A stretch of 63,705 nt of DNA, filler included, from Bonamia ostreae (lineage: Eukaryota), in the NCBI GenBank assembly GCA_040357525.1. It is 10 parts of 10 records of this genome, joined end to end, with 100 filler letters (N's around TTAATTAATTAA, not from the genome) between each part and the next. Parts side by side here need not be neighbours in the genome. Positions count along the whole stretch, not along the records: positions 19,250 to 25,558 come from JBDODL010000134.1; positions 25,659 to 31,965 come from JBDODL010000135.1; 8 more parts are not named here. The stretch is one strand, 5' to 3'. Numbering within the stretch: position 1 is the first letter of the stretch; the number at the start of each line of letters is the position of its first letter. Shown here piece after piece: positions 19,888 to 32,065 of the stretch. The position numbers and the translations under genes were made by a program. The notes under the pieces are model-generated. The model searched no databases. It saw only the letters and a program-made list of their open reading frames with translations, and had not been told where the DNA came from.

Positions 19888-21338
19888 ATGGGAAATAATC
19901 CATCCGGAAACGCAAACGACCAAGTTTTCTAAAACAACGAAAAGGAGAAAAAGTACGAAAAGCCGAAGACCACGATCAACTTTGGACGGAAAAAAACTCG
20001 TTACAAAGGCGGAGACAGCAGTCTCTTGAAGCTGCCAGAAATGTTTTTGCATTTAAGTGTAAACGGACAAGATTTCATTTAAAAAACTTGTAATTCCATC
20101 TCGTCGGGAGAGATTTGTAATTCCATCTTTCCAATTAAAACTAAATCGAAAAAAGATTGCCACTCACGAAATGCCGACTCCGCGAACTGAGGCTGGAACG
20201 CGTCAAAGACTACCTTATTATCCAAAGAGCGTACGCAGAAAAACAAGAGAAACTTCTTCGCGAGCGCGAAGGCGGCCAAAACGACCGCACCGCCCAACTG
20301 CGCAAGCAGGTGGAAGACATGCGGGGCGCCTCCATCACGCTCGGAACACTCGAAGAACTTGTGGACGACGGGCACGCCATCGTCTCCTCGAACGTCGGCC
20401 TCAAATACTACGTCAACATCCTCTCCTTCGTCGACCGCGACTTAGTCGAGCCCGGCTGCTCCGTCTTGCTGCACTCGAAAGCCCTCAGCGTCGTCGGGGT
20501 GCTCCAAGGGCGGACCGACCCCCTCGTCAGCGTGATGAAAGTAGACAAGGCTCCGCTGGAGAGCTACTCGGACGTAGGAGGGCTGGAGCAGCAGATGCAA
20601 GAGGTGAAGGAGGCGGTGGAACTGCCGATGACGCACCCCGAGCTCTACGACGACATCGGGATCTCTCCTCCCAAAGGCGTCATCTTCTACGGGCTGCCCG
20701 GGACGGGCAAGACTCTGCTCGCCAAAGCAGTCGCGAACGAAACCTCCGCCACCTTCCTCCACATGGTCGGCTCCGAACTGGTGCAGAAGTACCTCGGAGA
20801 CGGGCCGAAGCTGGTCCGCGAGCTGTTCAAAGCGGCGGAGGAGAACGCGCCCGCGATCGTCTTCATCGACGAAATCGACGCGATCGGCGTGAAGCGCTAC
20901 TCGTCCCAGTCGAGCGGCACGCGGGAAGTGCAGAGGACGATGCTGGAGCTCTTGAACCAACTGGACGGGTTCGACTCGCGCGGCGAAGTGAAAGTCATAA
21001 TGGCGACCAACCGGATCGACTCGCTGGACCCGGCGCTGCTGCGGCCAGGCCGCATCGACAGGAAAATCGAGTTCGGGCTGCCCGACGCGGCCACGCGCCG
21101 CAAGATCTTCTCGATCCACACTGCGCGGATGACGTTCGCGAGCGACGTCGATTTGGAGCCGTTCGTCGCTGCGAAGGAGGACCTGTCGGGAGCAGACATT
21201 AAGGCGATTTGCACGGAGGCGGGGCTCCTCGCGCTGCGCGAGCGACGCATGCAGGTCTCGCAGGAGGACTTCTCAAAGGCGAAGGAGAACGTGCTGTCCA
21301 GAAAGAAATCTGGCTTTGCCGAGAGATTGTATCTGTAA
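19888..21338 (+). CDS. PSMC1: 26S proteasome AAA ATPase subunit 4 (Rpt2)
   Basis: MGNNPSG N-terminus, two introns, [49 protein letters not shown]. Confidence 0.97.
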
Positions 21339-21882
21339 ATATTGCTGTTTGCTTGTTGCTCTTCAATTGATGATCTAGTTGTTGCTCTTTCTTAGCGCTT
21401 CTTTCCTTTATATTTTGCTGCAAACGCTTTCCTTCGCATTTCAATAAGACTTAAAATTTCCTTCTACCACAAGACCTCGTTTTAGTTTCGCCATTCTAAA
21501 AAAGTTTCTCCGTTATATGTTCGGTTTGCATAATCTCGACTTTTAAATCTGAGCGACGAAGATAGAGCAACTGTATTTCCGAGGATATCTTTCAATCAGA
21601 AAGTACATTTCTTTATTTGAACGGATGACTNNNNNNNNNNNNNNNNNNNNNNNNNNNNNNNNNNNNNNNNNNNNNNNNNNNNNNNNNNNNNNNNNNNNNN
21701 NNNNNNNNNNNNNNNNNNNNNNNNNNNNNNGATATTGGTTGCGCATTATGACTAACTTCAACCGAAACTATATAAACTTTTTAAAGAGAAAACTATGTTA
21801 AAAATTTTGCATATTAGAGGTTGGCCCTCTTCTTAGATATCCAAGATCGGATTAAAGATAATGGAAAATGATCAAATACAAA

Positions 21883-24019
21883 TTATTTCGAAAACTCCCT
21901 TAGTAGACTCGTTGCGTAACAGGACGAAGGCAGATCGAATTGCAGTTGCGCGGCGCAAAATTTTTCTCTGTCTATAATTATTCCAGACTTTTTTTCGCAG
22001 TCGACTGTTTTGCTGCTCTGCTCCTCTCCCAGAGTTCTGTCCACTAACTGTTCATTTACCATTTCAGAAAAAGACCCGTTTTCTATTAGTTCCGGTTGTT
22101 CGACCGGCAAACTATTCTCCAGACCAGAACCAAATTTCGATTTGAAATTGAGGCAGCGCATCATCAGCGGCCTGTAGTTCGGGTAAATGATCAGAGACCT
22201 GTCTTTCCGCAACTTCTCGACCAGTTGATCGCTGATTCCTTCTTTCTTCAGCTCTGCCTCGTAACTATTTTTGGAACTCAAAACATTTCCCCGGCTTCGT
22301 TGCGCGGCAATTCGCACCCAGCGCAAGGCAACGGAAGGACTACGTCAAATATGGAGAAGTCGCCGGAATCGACATCGGCCTTTCCCAAAGAGCGCACTAA
22401 CGTTTTCGTTTTGCGGCCCGAACTTTGGGCCATCCCTTGTTCTTTCCCCAAAACGACCAAATCGCCGACGACTGGGGAGAAGCCGTACTTTTTTAGGCGC
22501 GCGGACGCAGCTTTGTTCCAAATGTAACTTTGGAAGGCGTGCACATAGATCGACTTAGTTTGCCTGGCTATCTTCAATTAGCGAATTCAACCGAGTTGAA
22601 CGCGTCTCGACTGTTGATGTTCTGCGACAACCTCTCCAGAACCGGTCTTTCCACGGACAAATGTTTCTGTTTCAAGTTTCAAATTTTAAAAATTTTGGAA
22701 TATTGAGACAGACGATTAGAGACATATAAATTTATAAATTCGCAGCGAAAATGTGAACCGGGCAATGTTTCAAAGCTTCACTGAAACTCTTTTTGTTTTT
22801 TAGTGTTTCTGCGATTTTTCTGTGTTGCGTCGGCAATTTTCCGATTTCGCTTTGAATCACAAAGAAAACTCGGTGAATAGAATCAGCGCGACCAACTCGT
22901 CCCATTGTCTTTTGAGGACCAGCTTCCCGAAGTTGTGCGTGGGGACAGAACAACTCCCGAATCGTTGCAGCCCAAAGTAGTTTATAAACCCGTTTTCCTT
23001 GATCGACTCCGAGATCGCTTCGAAGTCGTTCTTTCTCTTCTTTTCGATTTTGCGGAGAACTATGTTGAAGCGATTTCCGTCCAATTGGCCGAGCGAAAGC
23101 GGGCGGACCTGATATTCAAAATCTCCCACAAAGAGGCGTCTGCTAAATCTTGAAACGTCTCTGACCCGCTTCGCTGTGATTCTTTTGGCGCAAACGCGCT
23201 GGATCGTCACCGCTTTTCTATCCTTGTTGCCGCAAAACGAAAACAGTTTTGGACGCAATCTCATCTTTCTGCACAAAATTTAAATTTGATATATCAACGA
23301 TGAAAGTGCGCTTACAGCGTCCGCCGTCGTGCAGTTGCCCTTCAACACACTAAAGTGCAAATACTGTTTTTCGTTGTCTTTGAAAAAGTTGTCCGCGGGA
23401 TTGCTCCGCAGTTTTGTTCCGTCGACTTTTCTGAAGATCTTAAAATTACTGCAAAACTTTTATGTTTTTCAAAGAAGATTCCGCTTCGCCATTTACCGTT
23501 TCGCTGTCAAAAAGAGAAAAGTTTTTCGATATCATTTGGTGCACCAGTTTTCTGTCTTCTTTGTTGAGCTTTTTTTCTATTTTCAGAGCTGCTTCCTCTT
23601 TGTCGGCCTCTTTGAGAAAAGCCAGAACACTGTTCTTTTCTTTTTGAGGCAATAATTCTCTCAAAATTTTTTCAGCTTCGATGCAAGCTATTTCTTTCGT
23701 CGGATAGTTAGTCCGCTCAAATTTCCTTTTTCGCTTTAGGCGATAAAAATCACATTCCGTTTGCGGCAGTTGGCAATTTTTCAGAACAAGAGGAGCTTTA
23801 GATCGCGGGATTTCTTGCACGAGGAAGTCCCTGCATTTCTGTTTGACTTCAAATTTCATTCCCGGAACCTCTTTGCTAACAAACTCTGTCATTCCGACAG
23901 ACTTTTGATTCGCTTTTCCTGTTCGATATTTTGAGCTTTCAGCTATTTCCAAATAGCGTTCAATCGCAGCTCTAAATTTAAAAATAGTCCAACTTTGATG
24001 CTTCATCCAATAAAGACAT
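21883..24019 (-). CDS. PUS7: TruD/PUS7 pseudouridine synthase
   Basis: VGMTEFVS..KQKCRDFLVQEI, GNKDRKAVTIQ, GFINYFGLQRFG, YVHAFQSYIWN, FDLPSSCYATSLLRE; micro-introns; start 24019 inferred. Confidence 0.92.
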
Positions 24020-24464
24020 TTGAATGTTGGCTAAATTTTTCGCAATGCGCGTATCTAGCGAAGCTTGCTAACTGGAGGACATATGCTGTGATTCTTTGAT
24101 TTTTGTCAAATTTTCGTTTACATAAAAAGTTTATGAACGTTAAACACAGAAGAACTTTGAATTTCGAAGCCATTTTTTAAGTTAAAGTAACTTTATTTAG
24201 TATATTTATATTGAAACTGGGTTTCGAAGGGTTGACTGGAGCCAACAGTGCGAGATCCACCCCTACCACTTTATAAAAGAAGCATATAGTATTTCGTTGG
24301 TACTAAAAAAGTGTTTCGTTGTAGTATATAGAAGAAATGTATACATTATTAATTATAATGCAGTTTACTGACTAGTCATGTATAAACCACGCAAAAAACA
24401 AATGTTAGTTTTTTATTCATATTATATATATTTACTTTGATATAGTTACAAATAAACCCTTTCA

Positions 24465-24998
24465 ATGGATTTCCTTCTAATAGCGAATATCGCTTTAGGA
24501 GTTCTCGCTTTGATCTTCTACATTGTCATGCTTGCAAACCAATTTTGGATTAAAGTCGTTCAAAATAATTCAAGTATCACTTGGCTTACTTTGAAAGGAT
24601 TTTTATTCATTATAAATGGTCAAACCACTACAGCATCTTTTGGAGAAAACGGAACTTGCAACAGTGATTGCGAAACAATGAAAAACGCCTCCAACACAGT
24701 TATGGCCTTTTTGATAATCTCTTTGCTCATTGTATTGTTGGTTTGTGTTGTGCACATTTTGTTGAAATTTGAAATCATTTCTTTCGAGTTAAAGCTTCCG
24801 CTCAGAGTTGTCTCCGTGATATTAATAGTGCTAAGTATTCTGAATCCGATAATTTATTCGGCGACAGTTCTACGACTTGCTAAGAAAAATTTTTCTATAG
24901 CAGATGTCGGCGCAAATTACGTGTTGCTCTGGTTAACGATTCCAATCACAATAGCCTTTAGCGTTTTGAACGAGATGAATATTCGAACAAAGCAATAA
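24465..24998 (+). CDS. Four-TM claudin/PMP22/amastin-like membrane protein
   Basis: Intronless 177 aa; TM1 followed by W, a loop with GF and C-x3-C, then three more hydrophobic helices. Confidence 0.65.
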   Translation: MDFLLIANIALGVLALIFYIVMLANQFWIKVVQNNSSITWLTLKGFLFIINGQTTTASFGENGTCNSDCETMKNASNTVMAFLIISLLIVLLVCVVHILLKFEIISFELKLPLRVVSVILIVLSILNPIIYSATVLRLAKKNFSIADVGANYVLLWLTIPITIAFSVLNEMNIRTKQ

Positions 24999-26071
24999 AG
25001 CATAAAATGGATTTTTTTAATTTTTAAAATAAAAAAATCGTTTTATCAAAACCGCAATTTAATTGAAATATTCACTGTTTATTAAAAAACCTTTTTAACT
25101 CATTTGAAACAGAAATGATATTCGGCATACTAACCGTAGCAAAAATCGCAAATCTAATTCTTTTCAATGTACAAATCGTGGGCGGTTAATTACCTAGACG
25201 TTAACAAATATAAAAAAATTTTATAGAGAATTTTTTTCTAGAAGCCAAGAAAACTTTATATTGAACAGATTTTACTGTAAAATGATCCCTCGTCGATGAT
25301 CAGGTAGTAGCTAAAACATCTATATTAATAAAAAGAGTCATAGAATTAAAAATCTCAAAGAAGTTTAAAAATAAAAGCCTCGAAAAACTAATTTTTCTTT
25401 ATATGATTTAAAGAGTCTAAACTCAAATTAAATTGAACAGATAATAATTAAAAAAATCAATGATAGAATTTATTATACTTTTCAGATCTGATAAAGATAT
25501 TTCAACTTTATCAGATCTGGATACAACAATACCATCTTGGTTTATAAAATCAGAATGTNNNNNNNNNNNNNNNNNNNNNNNNNNNNNNNNNNNNNNNNNN
25601 NNTTAATTAATTAANNNNNNNNNNNNNNNNNNNNNNNNNNNNNNNNNNNNNNNNNNNNCTTCGCAATTCGGTATGGGATGCGGCGTTTTCCTCAAAGTAT
25701 GAACGAATACAAATTTTACAAAAAATTGTTTTATAAAACAATTAATAGTTTGCAAAAGAATTTATTCAAATCCTTCTTCAACGAATATTAAATTTGAAAA
25801 TTGGTGCGAAATGATGGGAAAAGAGAACATATTAATATAGTTGGCTACACAAGTTTAAAAAAAAAGAGAACATTTTTGATTTGTTATTTAAAAACGGAAA
25901 CGCTATTTTTCCGATGTTCCTTTTTATTGCAAAAACATGCGATTTTTATTTCCTTTTTATTTACACAATTGAATTTATTTTGACCGTTCTTTGATATATT
26001 TTTCATTAAATTTAATATGAACTATCATAAAAATCGATAACTTTATCGCTAATTGTAAACGTTAAGAAATA

Positions 26072-26763
26072 ATGACCAAGACACACAAAATCACTAAAAT
26101 GGGAAAAGCCCCCAAACCCCCTAAAATCCACATTCTGCTTCTGAACGCTTCTTTAGAAACACTTAAAACGAAAAATGGCTTCGAACTTCTAGATTGCGAT
26201 GCCCACAGAAGCATTCTTTTGAAGCTCAAAAAAGATCCAAATCTGTTTCGACCCGATATCGTTCACCAATGTCTTTTGACTCTGTTGGACAGTCCCTTGA
26301 ACAAATCGGAAAAAATTTCTATTTTTGTCTCGACTCAAAAAGTTCTAAATTTCACAAAAAGAACGTTTTGATAAAAATAAATTCCAAAACGCGTCTCCCG
26401 AGAACATTCCGAAGATTCAGCGGATTGATGGCTCAATTACTTCACAAAAGAAAAATAAGAGCAGCGGAAAACAAAGAAGTGAAATTAATCCAAATCATTA
26501 AAAATCCCATCACAAACCATTTGCCCACAAATTGCCTAAAAATAGGAACCGCAATGTCCGGAAAGCTTGTAAAACTTTCAGAGTTTTTGCCAAGTCTTCC
26601 TAGAAATTCCCCTGTTTTGTGGACGATTGGGGCAATGGCCCACGGAGAAGCCAGAGCTGATTTTGAGGAGAAATCAGTTTCGCTTTCAGAATTTGCTCTA
26701 TCGGCTGCGACGGCTTTAAGTAGAATTTGTTGTTCGTACGAAGAATTTCTTGGCATTTTATAA
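26072..26763 (+). CDS. EMG1: rRNA pseudouridine N1-methyltransferase Nep1/Emg1
   Basis: RPDIVHQCLLTLLDSPLNK, RLPRTFRRFSGLMAQLL, IGAMAHG; intron 26342-26361. Confidence 0.96.
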
Positions 26764-27204
26764 ACACAAATCACATTTTCTTATTTTACAAGCGCCCAAA
26801 AATTNNNNNNNNNNNNNNNNNNNNNNNNNNNNNNNNNNNNNNNNNNNNNNNNNNNNNNNNNNNNNNNNNNNNNNNNNNNNNNNNNNNNNNNNNNNNNNNN
26901 NNNNAATTGATCTACTATTCAAAAATAATGACGACAAAAACCTCGCCAATTTTTCAACAATAAAATCAACAAAAACAACAATTTTTTGGACAAAAAAATA
27001 ATAATTTCAACAATTAAATCGCCACAAAAACAATAATTTTATCGACAAAAAAAAATAATTTCAACAATTAAATCGCCACAAAAATAATAAAAATCAGTCC
27101 ACCCGGAACAAACTATAAAGAATCATCATTTCGTCGACAGTTTAAATGGCTAAACATGTAATTATAGGATTCTTGCATAGTTATCTCCACAGAAAAGCCA
27201 TTTA

Positions 27205-28844
27205 ATGTCTGCGATTTTTATTTTAGACCAAAACGGCAAGCCGATAATTCAACGAAACTACAAAGGCGACGTCCCGCTCAGCGCCGCAAAGGCTTTCGAA
27301 GAATTTTTGTTTAGAGATTCTGTCCTATTTAATCCAACTCTCTAATCATTCAGAGAAGAAGCAGACGACTATTTGAAGCCGCCCGTCTTTTCGCGCAACG
27401 GGCTTCACTACCTTTTCATTTCGCACAACAATCTATACCGTAACATTTTTCGTGATGCTAAGTGCTCGTGATCAGCAACCAAGACGACAACGTCATGATG
27501 CTGGTTTCTTTTCTGAACGAAACGGTGAGCGTGTTAGAAGACTACTTCAACAAACTGACCGAAGAGAGTCTAAGGAAGAACTTTGTGCTCGTGTACGAGA
27601 TTTTGGACGAAATGATGGATTTCGGGTACCCGCAAACCACTCAGGCCAAAGTGCTCAAGGAGTTTTTATTTAAAAAGTAGTTACATTTGTATAAACGAAA
27701 AATTCAAAATACGCAACGTGAAACCTCCTTCGACCGTCACAAACGCTGTCAGCTGGAGAAGCGAAGGCATTAAACACTCGAAAAACGAAATCTTCCTCGA
27801 CGTGGTCGAAAACATCAACTTGATGGTTTTGGCATTTCCGCGTTGAAGCCATATTTTAGCTCTTCGGATTAAAATCTGTATATATTTTCGATTAACGTTT
27901 TCGTATATTGTAGGTCAACGAACATGGGAAAGTCATTCAATCGGAAATAAACGGCGTCATCAAAATGAAATCGTATCTTAGCGGAATGCCAGAGCTTAAA
28001 CTCGGACTTAACGACAAAATAATGGTGTCTCGAAATGGTGAGACCTTTATATTTTACATTTTTATTACAAAAGCTAGCAAAAAGGTGTCTCCGGCAAAAG
28101 GCGTTGAACTGGACGACATAAAGCTGCATCAGTGCGTGCGATTGTCGCGTTTTGAATCAGATCGCACTATTTCCTTTATTCCTCCGGATGGCGACTTTGA
28201 TTTGATGACCTATCGCCTTAACACACACGTTTTCGCAGTTTAATAATTAGGTTCGACCGCCGTTTTCGGTCAAAGTTCAGACCGATTTCAAACCTCTTTC
28301 CAAAATCGAATATTTTATTCGAATCAAATCCGAATTCAAACAAGTTTCGTGTGCCAATAATGTCCGGGTTGTTGTTCCAGTCCCTTTCGATGCGGATTCT
28401 CCTCGATTCGATGTTTCGTAATCTTCAGATTAGAAACAAAATTTTAATTGTTGCAGCAGAATTTAAAATTCTGACCAAATGGGCAATTGCGACATTAAAA
28501 TCACAGACAAACATTTTAATAACGTTCAGACAATGGCTGGAACCGCAAAGTACGATCCGAGTTCAAATTCTTTCACTTGGTTGATTAGCCAATTCCACGG
28601 ATCAAACGCTTTCGAACTTCGCGCCAAATTCGGATTGCCGAAAGTTGAAAATGAAGAAAGCAAAAAGAACACCGCCATGAATCACATCAAACTTAAATTT
28701 GAAATACCATATTACACCATCAGCGGTATCCAAGTGCGCTATCTTAAAATAATCGAGAAAACGGGCTATTCTGCTCTCCCGTGGGTTCGCTATGCAACAA
28801 AAAATGGCAATTATCTCGTCAAAATACAAAAATTGGACGAATAA
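27205..28844 (+). CDS. AP1M1: AP-1 complex mu subunit
   Basis: MSAIFILDQNGKPIIQRNYKGD, NFVLVYEILDEMMDFGYPQ, SYLSGMPELKLGLND, FIPPDG, IIEKTGYSALPWVRY; several GT-AG introns. Confidence 0.95.
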
Positions 28845-29145
28845 ATTGCATTTCCCAATTTGCTAACTTTTTACGTCCAATTCATTTTTTGTCATTTTTG
28901 ACACTTTTTGCGTCCAATTCATTTTTTAGCGAAGCTGTCGATTGTGTTTAGTGAATCGCTTTCACATAAAAAATTGCATTGCTTTGGCAGACAACGCTTT
29001 GTTTTCGAAGATTTGTCGTTTTATGAATTTTAACCGTTAAAGCAAGTTTGTATGAAGTTAGTCACTTTTTGACGACGGTCTCAAATTCAAAATTAAAAAG
29101 TTGGTCGACGACTAAAATTTTAGTCGACGACAAAATTAGGCAAAT

Positions 29146-29860
29146 TTATTTTGAGTCGACTTTTTGTACTTTTTTGAGTTTGATCTGTTCGCCTTCGTAG
29201 CGAATTCCCTTTCCTTTATAAACTTCCGGTTTCTTTAACCGGCGAATTTTTTTCGCTTCTTCGCAAACTCGTCTTCTATCGCATCCGTAGATCCTAATTC
29301 TAGTCCCTTCTTTAAAAATCTGGATCAGAATGTCCTCGGGCACTTTGTACACGACGTCGTGAGTGGTGCCCAGACGCATTCTCAATTCCGATTTGTTTAA
29401 TCGGCCGTCTTTGTCTTTATCGAAAAAAGCTCTAAATCCGATTCCGTGAAGCTCTAATTTTTTGAAATAGCCGATCGCGGTATCGTAGATCATATTTTGT
29501 ATAACCGTTCTGTAAGTGCCAAGTAGCGCTTTGTCATAAACGGGACTGTCCTTGTCCTGTTTAAGCAAAATCGTGCTGTCTTTCGGCGGCAAGCGGACGT
29601 CGACCTGGTTTTTTATGATTTGGGAGATTTCTCCCAATGGGCCTTTGACGACGACCAGATGTTCGCCGCGATAAATGTCTCTTTTGATGCCTACTGAGAC
29701 ACCTGGAACCAGTTTGATTGGCCTTCGGCCGATAATCGATTCGCCGACTTTCATTGATTTTCGGCCGAAAGTGCTTATTCTACAAATTAGCAAAATAGCA
29801 CCTTCGCGCGAAAGCCAAGTAGACGTTGTTAGGGTTAATCTTGAAAGTCGCCATCAACAT
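29146..29860 (-). CDS. MRPL6: Mitochondrial ribosomal protein uL6m with N-terminal targeting-like peptide
   Basis: VKGPLG, LGTYRTVIQNM, LELHGIGFRA, PEVYKGKGI (bacterial-type L6); MLMATFK...FARR presequence joined by a 22-nt intron. Confidence 0.88.
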
Positions 29861-29962
29861 CGGATATAAAGCTAGCTTATAAATAAAACTATTTAATAAA
29901 ATATTAAAGCTAATTATTTGCAAACGTTATATCGAATATATTTAGTTAAACAAAAAGAAAAA

Positions 29963-31573
29963 ATGTCTTTTATTGAAACATTTTCAAAATCGCTCAGTAA
30001 ACAGCAGTTTGACAAATGGACAGAAAAAGACGAAAAACTGTTTTTCGAGGGAAAATCGTTCAATAAAGAATCGTCGACACAGTTAAAATCGTCAAAGGGA
30101 TTCCCATATTCGGTATGGTCGATTTTCACTTGTTACAAAGACCGCAAATTGGATTACGGGAAGTACATTTCGAATTGCTTCGAGAACGGCATTAAAAGAG
30201 TCGACGTTGTTTTTTAACGTTTAAAGATGGTGGACAGAAAAAAAATTCTGCGAATAATAAAAAACTCCAATTTGACATCGAAAGAACTAGAAAAGAAACA
30301 AACCGGCGGAATTGTAAAAAAATTGAAAAAATCGGTTTTATTTTGAAACAATTCTCCAAACTNNNNNNNNNNNNNNNNNNNNNNNNNNNNNNNNNNNNNN
30401 NNNNNNNNNNNNNNNNNNNNNNNNNNNNNNNNNNNNNNNNNNNNNNNNNNNNNNNNNNNNNNGGAATTGTAAAAAAATTGAAAAAATCGGTTTTATTTTG
30501 AAACAATTCTCCAAACTGTTATTCACATTGAAAATATTGAAAATATTGAAAATATAAAAAAATCGATAATAGAAAATATTGAAAATCCACGACGACGAAA
30601 TCTTCACATATTCGATTAACGGATACAATCAATGTCCTTCTCTGAAACCGAAAGAATGCTTTGTAAAATTTTGTAAAATTTAGGAACTGATCGCAAAATT
30701 TGAAACTGTTTTGAAACGCGAAAGAAGAGGAATTGACATAAAAAGCAAAAAAGTCCAAAACGATCCAGATTCTAAAAATAGTTATTTTTTCGAATCGATA
30801 ATTTTAATAATCTATTTTTGATTTTTAAAAAATTTTTGTTTTTTCGAAAACGGTTTTCGCATTTAAATTTCTGAAAAATAATTTTTTATTAAATCGGAAA
30901 ATTGTCAAAAATCAAAATTTTTTATAAAAAACGTTTAAAGAAGTGCCAATAATATTGGTGCCAAGTGCTGTCACGGCTTTAATAAATATTTACAACGCAC
31001 AAAATTTTTTGGAAAATAACCAATTTGTGGCTTGCGGAGAAGACAATTTGCTCATTCGACAAAAGAATAGAAAAATTAATGTCCAATTGACCAAAAACAG
31101 CGAAAGAAAAATTTTCAGATTGACAGATTCAATACACAACATCGAAGAATGGTCTTCTTAAAATTTAACCAAATTTCAAATTTCCAAAAAGCCGGATTTA
31201 AAAATTAGCCAAAAAATTTTTAGCAAAATATTTGATTAAACGAAAAGTTGAAAAATTTTGTGCAAAAAATTTTAATAAAAAAATTGTGTAAAGGGACAAT
31301 GTAGTGGCTGTGATAGTTTCGGGCAAAAATTGGCAATTCAAAAAATACAAATACAAACCGCCGATGCTTTTCAGCAAAATAAAAGGATTTTATTTTCAAT
31401 GGGACGGCCAGAGCACTGAAAGACATATTCAAAATTGGAACGTCGAGATTTTGAAGGCAAACTTTTTCAATTTTTAGATAAGCAGAAACAACAGAAACAA
31501 AGATCAAAAAGTAGTCTTCGACTTCTGGAAAATTCTGAGCGCTTTTTTGGAAAAAGTAAAATTTTCATACTAA
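29963..31573 (+). CDS. CDC73: PAF1 complex subunit CDC73/parafibromin
   Basis: PIILVPSAVTALINIYNAQNFLE, WDNVVAVIVSGKNWQFK, WNVEILK-ISRNNRNKD..FW; spans an N gap. Confidence 0.88.
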
Positions 31574-32065
31574 TTAAATTTGCAATTTTTGAAAATATTT
31601 TAAACAACAAAAAATGACATTGCCACAATAAAAATACGTCGAAATCTTTAACTTGTTAAAATGTTGACCCAATTTATAATAAATTTTTATTATTTCTTTG
31701 TTCATTTTTACAATAAATTGCGTCATAAGAAAAAAACAATGTCTTCAAATTATAAAAAAAAACAAATTTATGAGATATGGCAGAAACTTCAATATGATCT
31801 TCGCCACACCAAAACATTTTCTCCTTTCCAAATTAACAGCCGTAAAATATTTGTGCCATAAAAAATATTTCCAAGCCAGAAAAAACATTTGTGAACCTGT
31901 TAATCGATTTAGAAAAATGTAAAAAAGTTTATTGAAAGATTAAAAAAAGAGAAAACATTAAAAAANNNNNNNNNNNNNNNNNNNNNNNNNNNNNNNNNNN
32001 NNNNNNNNNTTAATTAATTAANNNNNNNNNNNNNNNNNNNNNNNNNNNNNNNNNNNNNNNNNNNN

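Noticed and set aside
20171-21250. Long alternative-frame and antisense ORFs over RPT2 (also over PMCA and Nup98)
   Set aside because: Expected shadow ORFs of GC3-rich or repetitive coding sequence; no recognisable protein features.
24038-24107. Loose U4 snRNA resemblance (TTTCGCAATG..GTATC..TTGCTAAC..ATTTTTG)
   Set aside because: Lacks the 5' kink-turn stem-loop, is too short, and sits immediately upstream of PUS7.
27094-27130. ATGATGA...CTGA on the minus strand (and a similar C-box near 40240)
   Set aside because: Box spacing too short or D box imperfect, and no good terminal stem.
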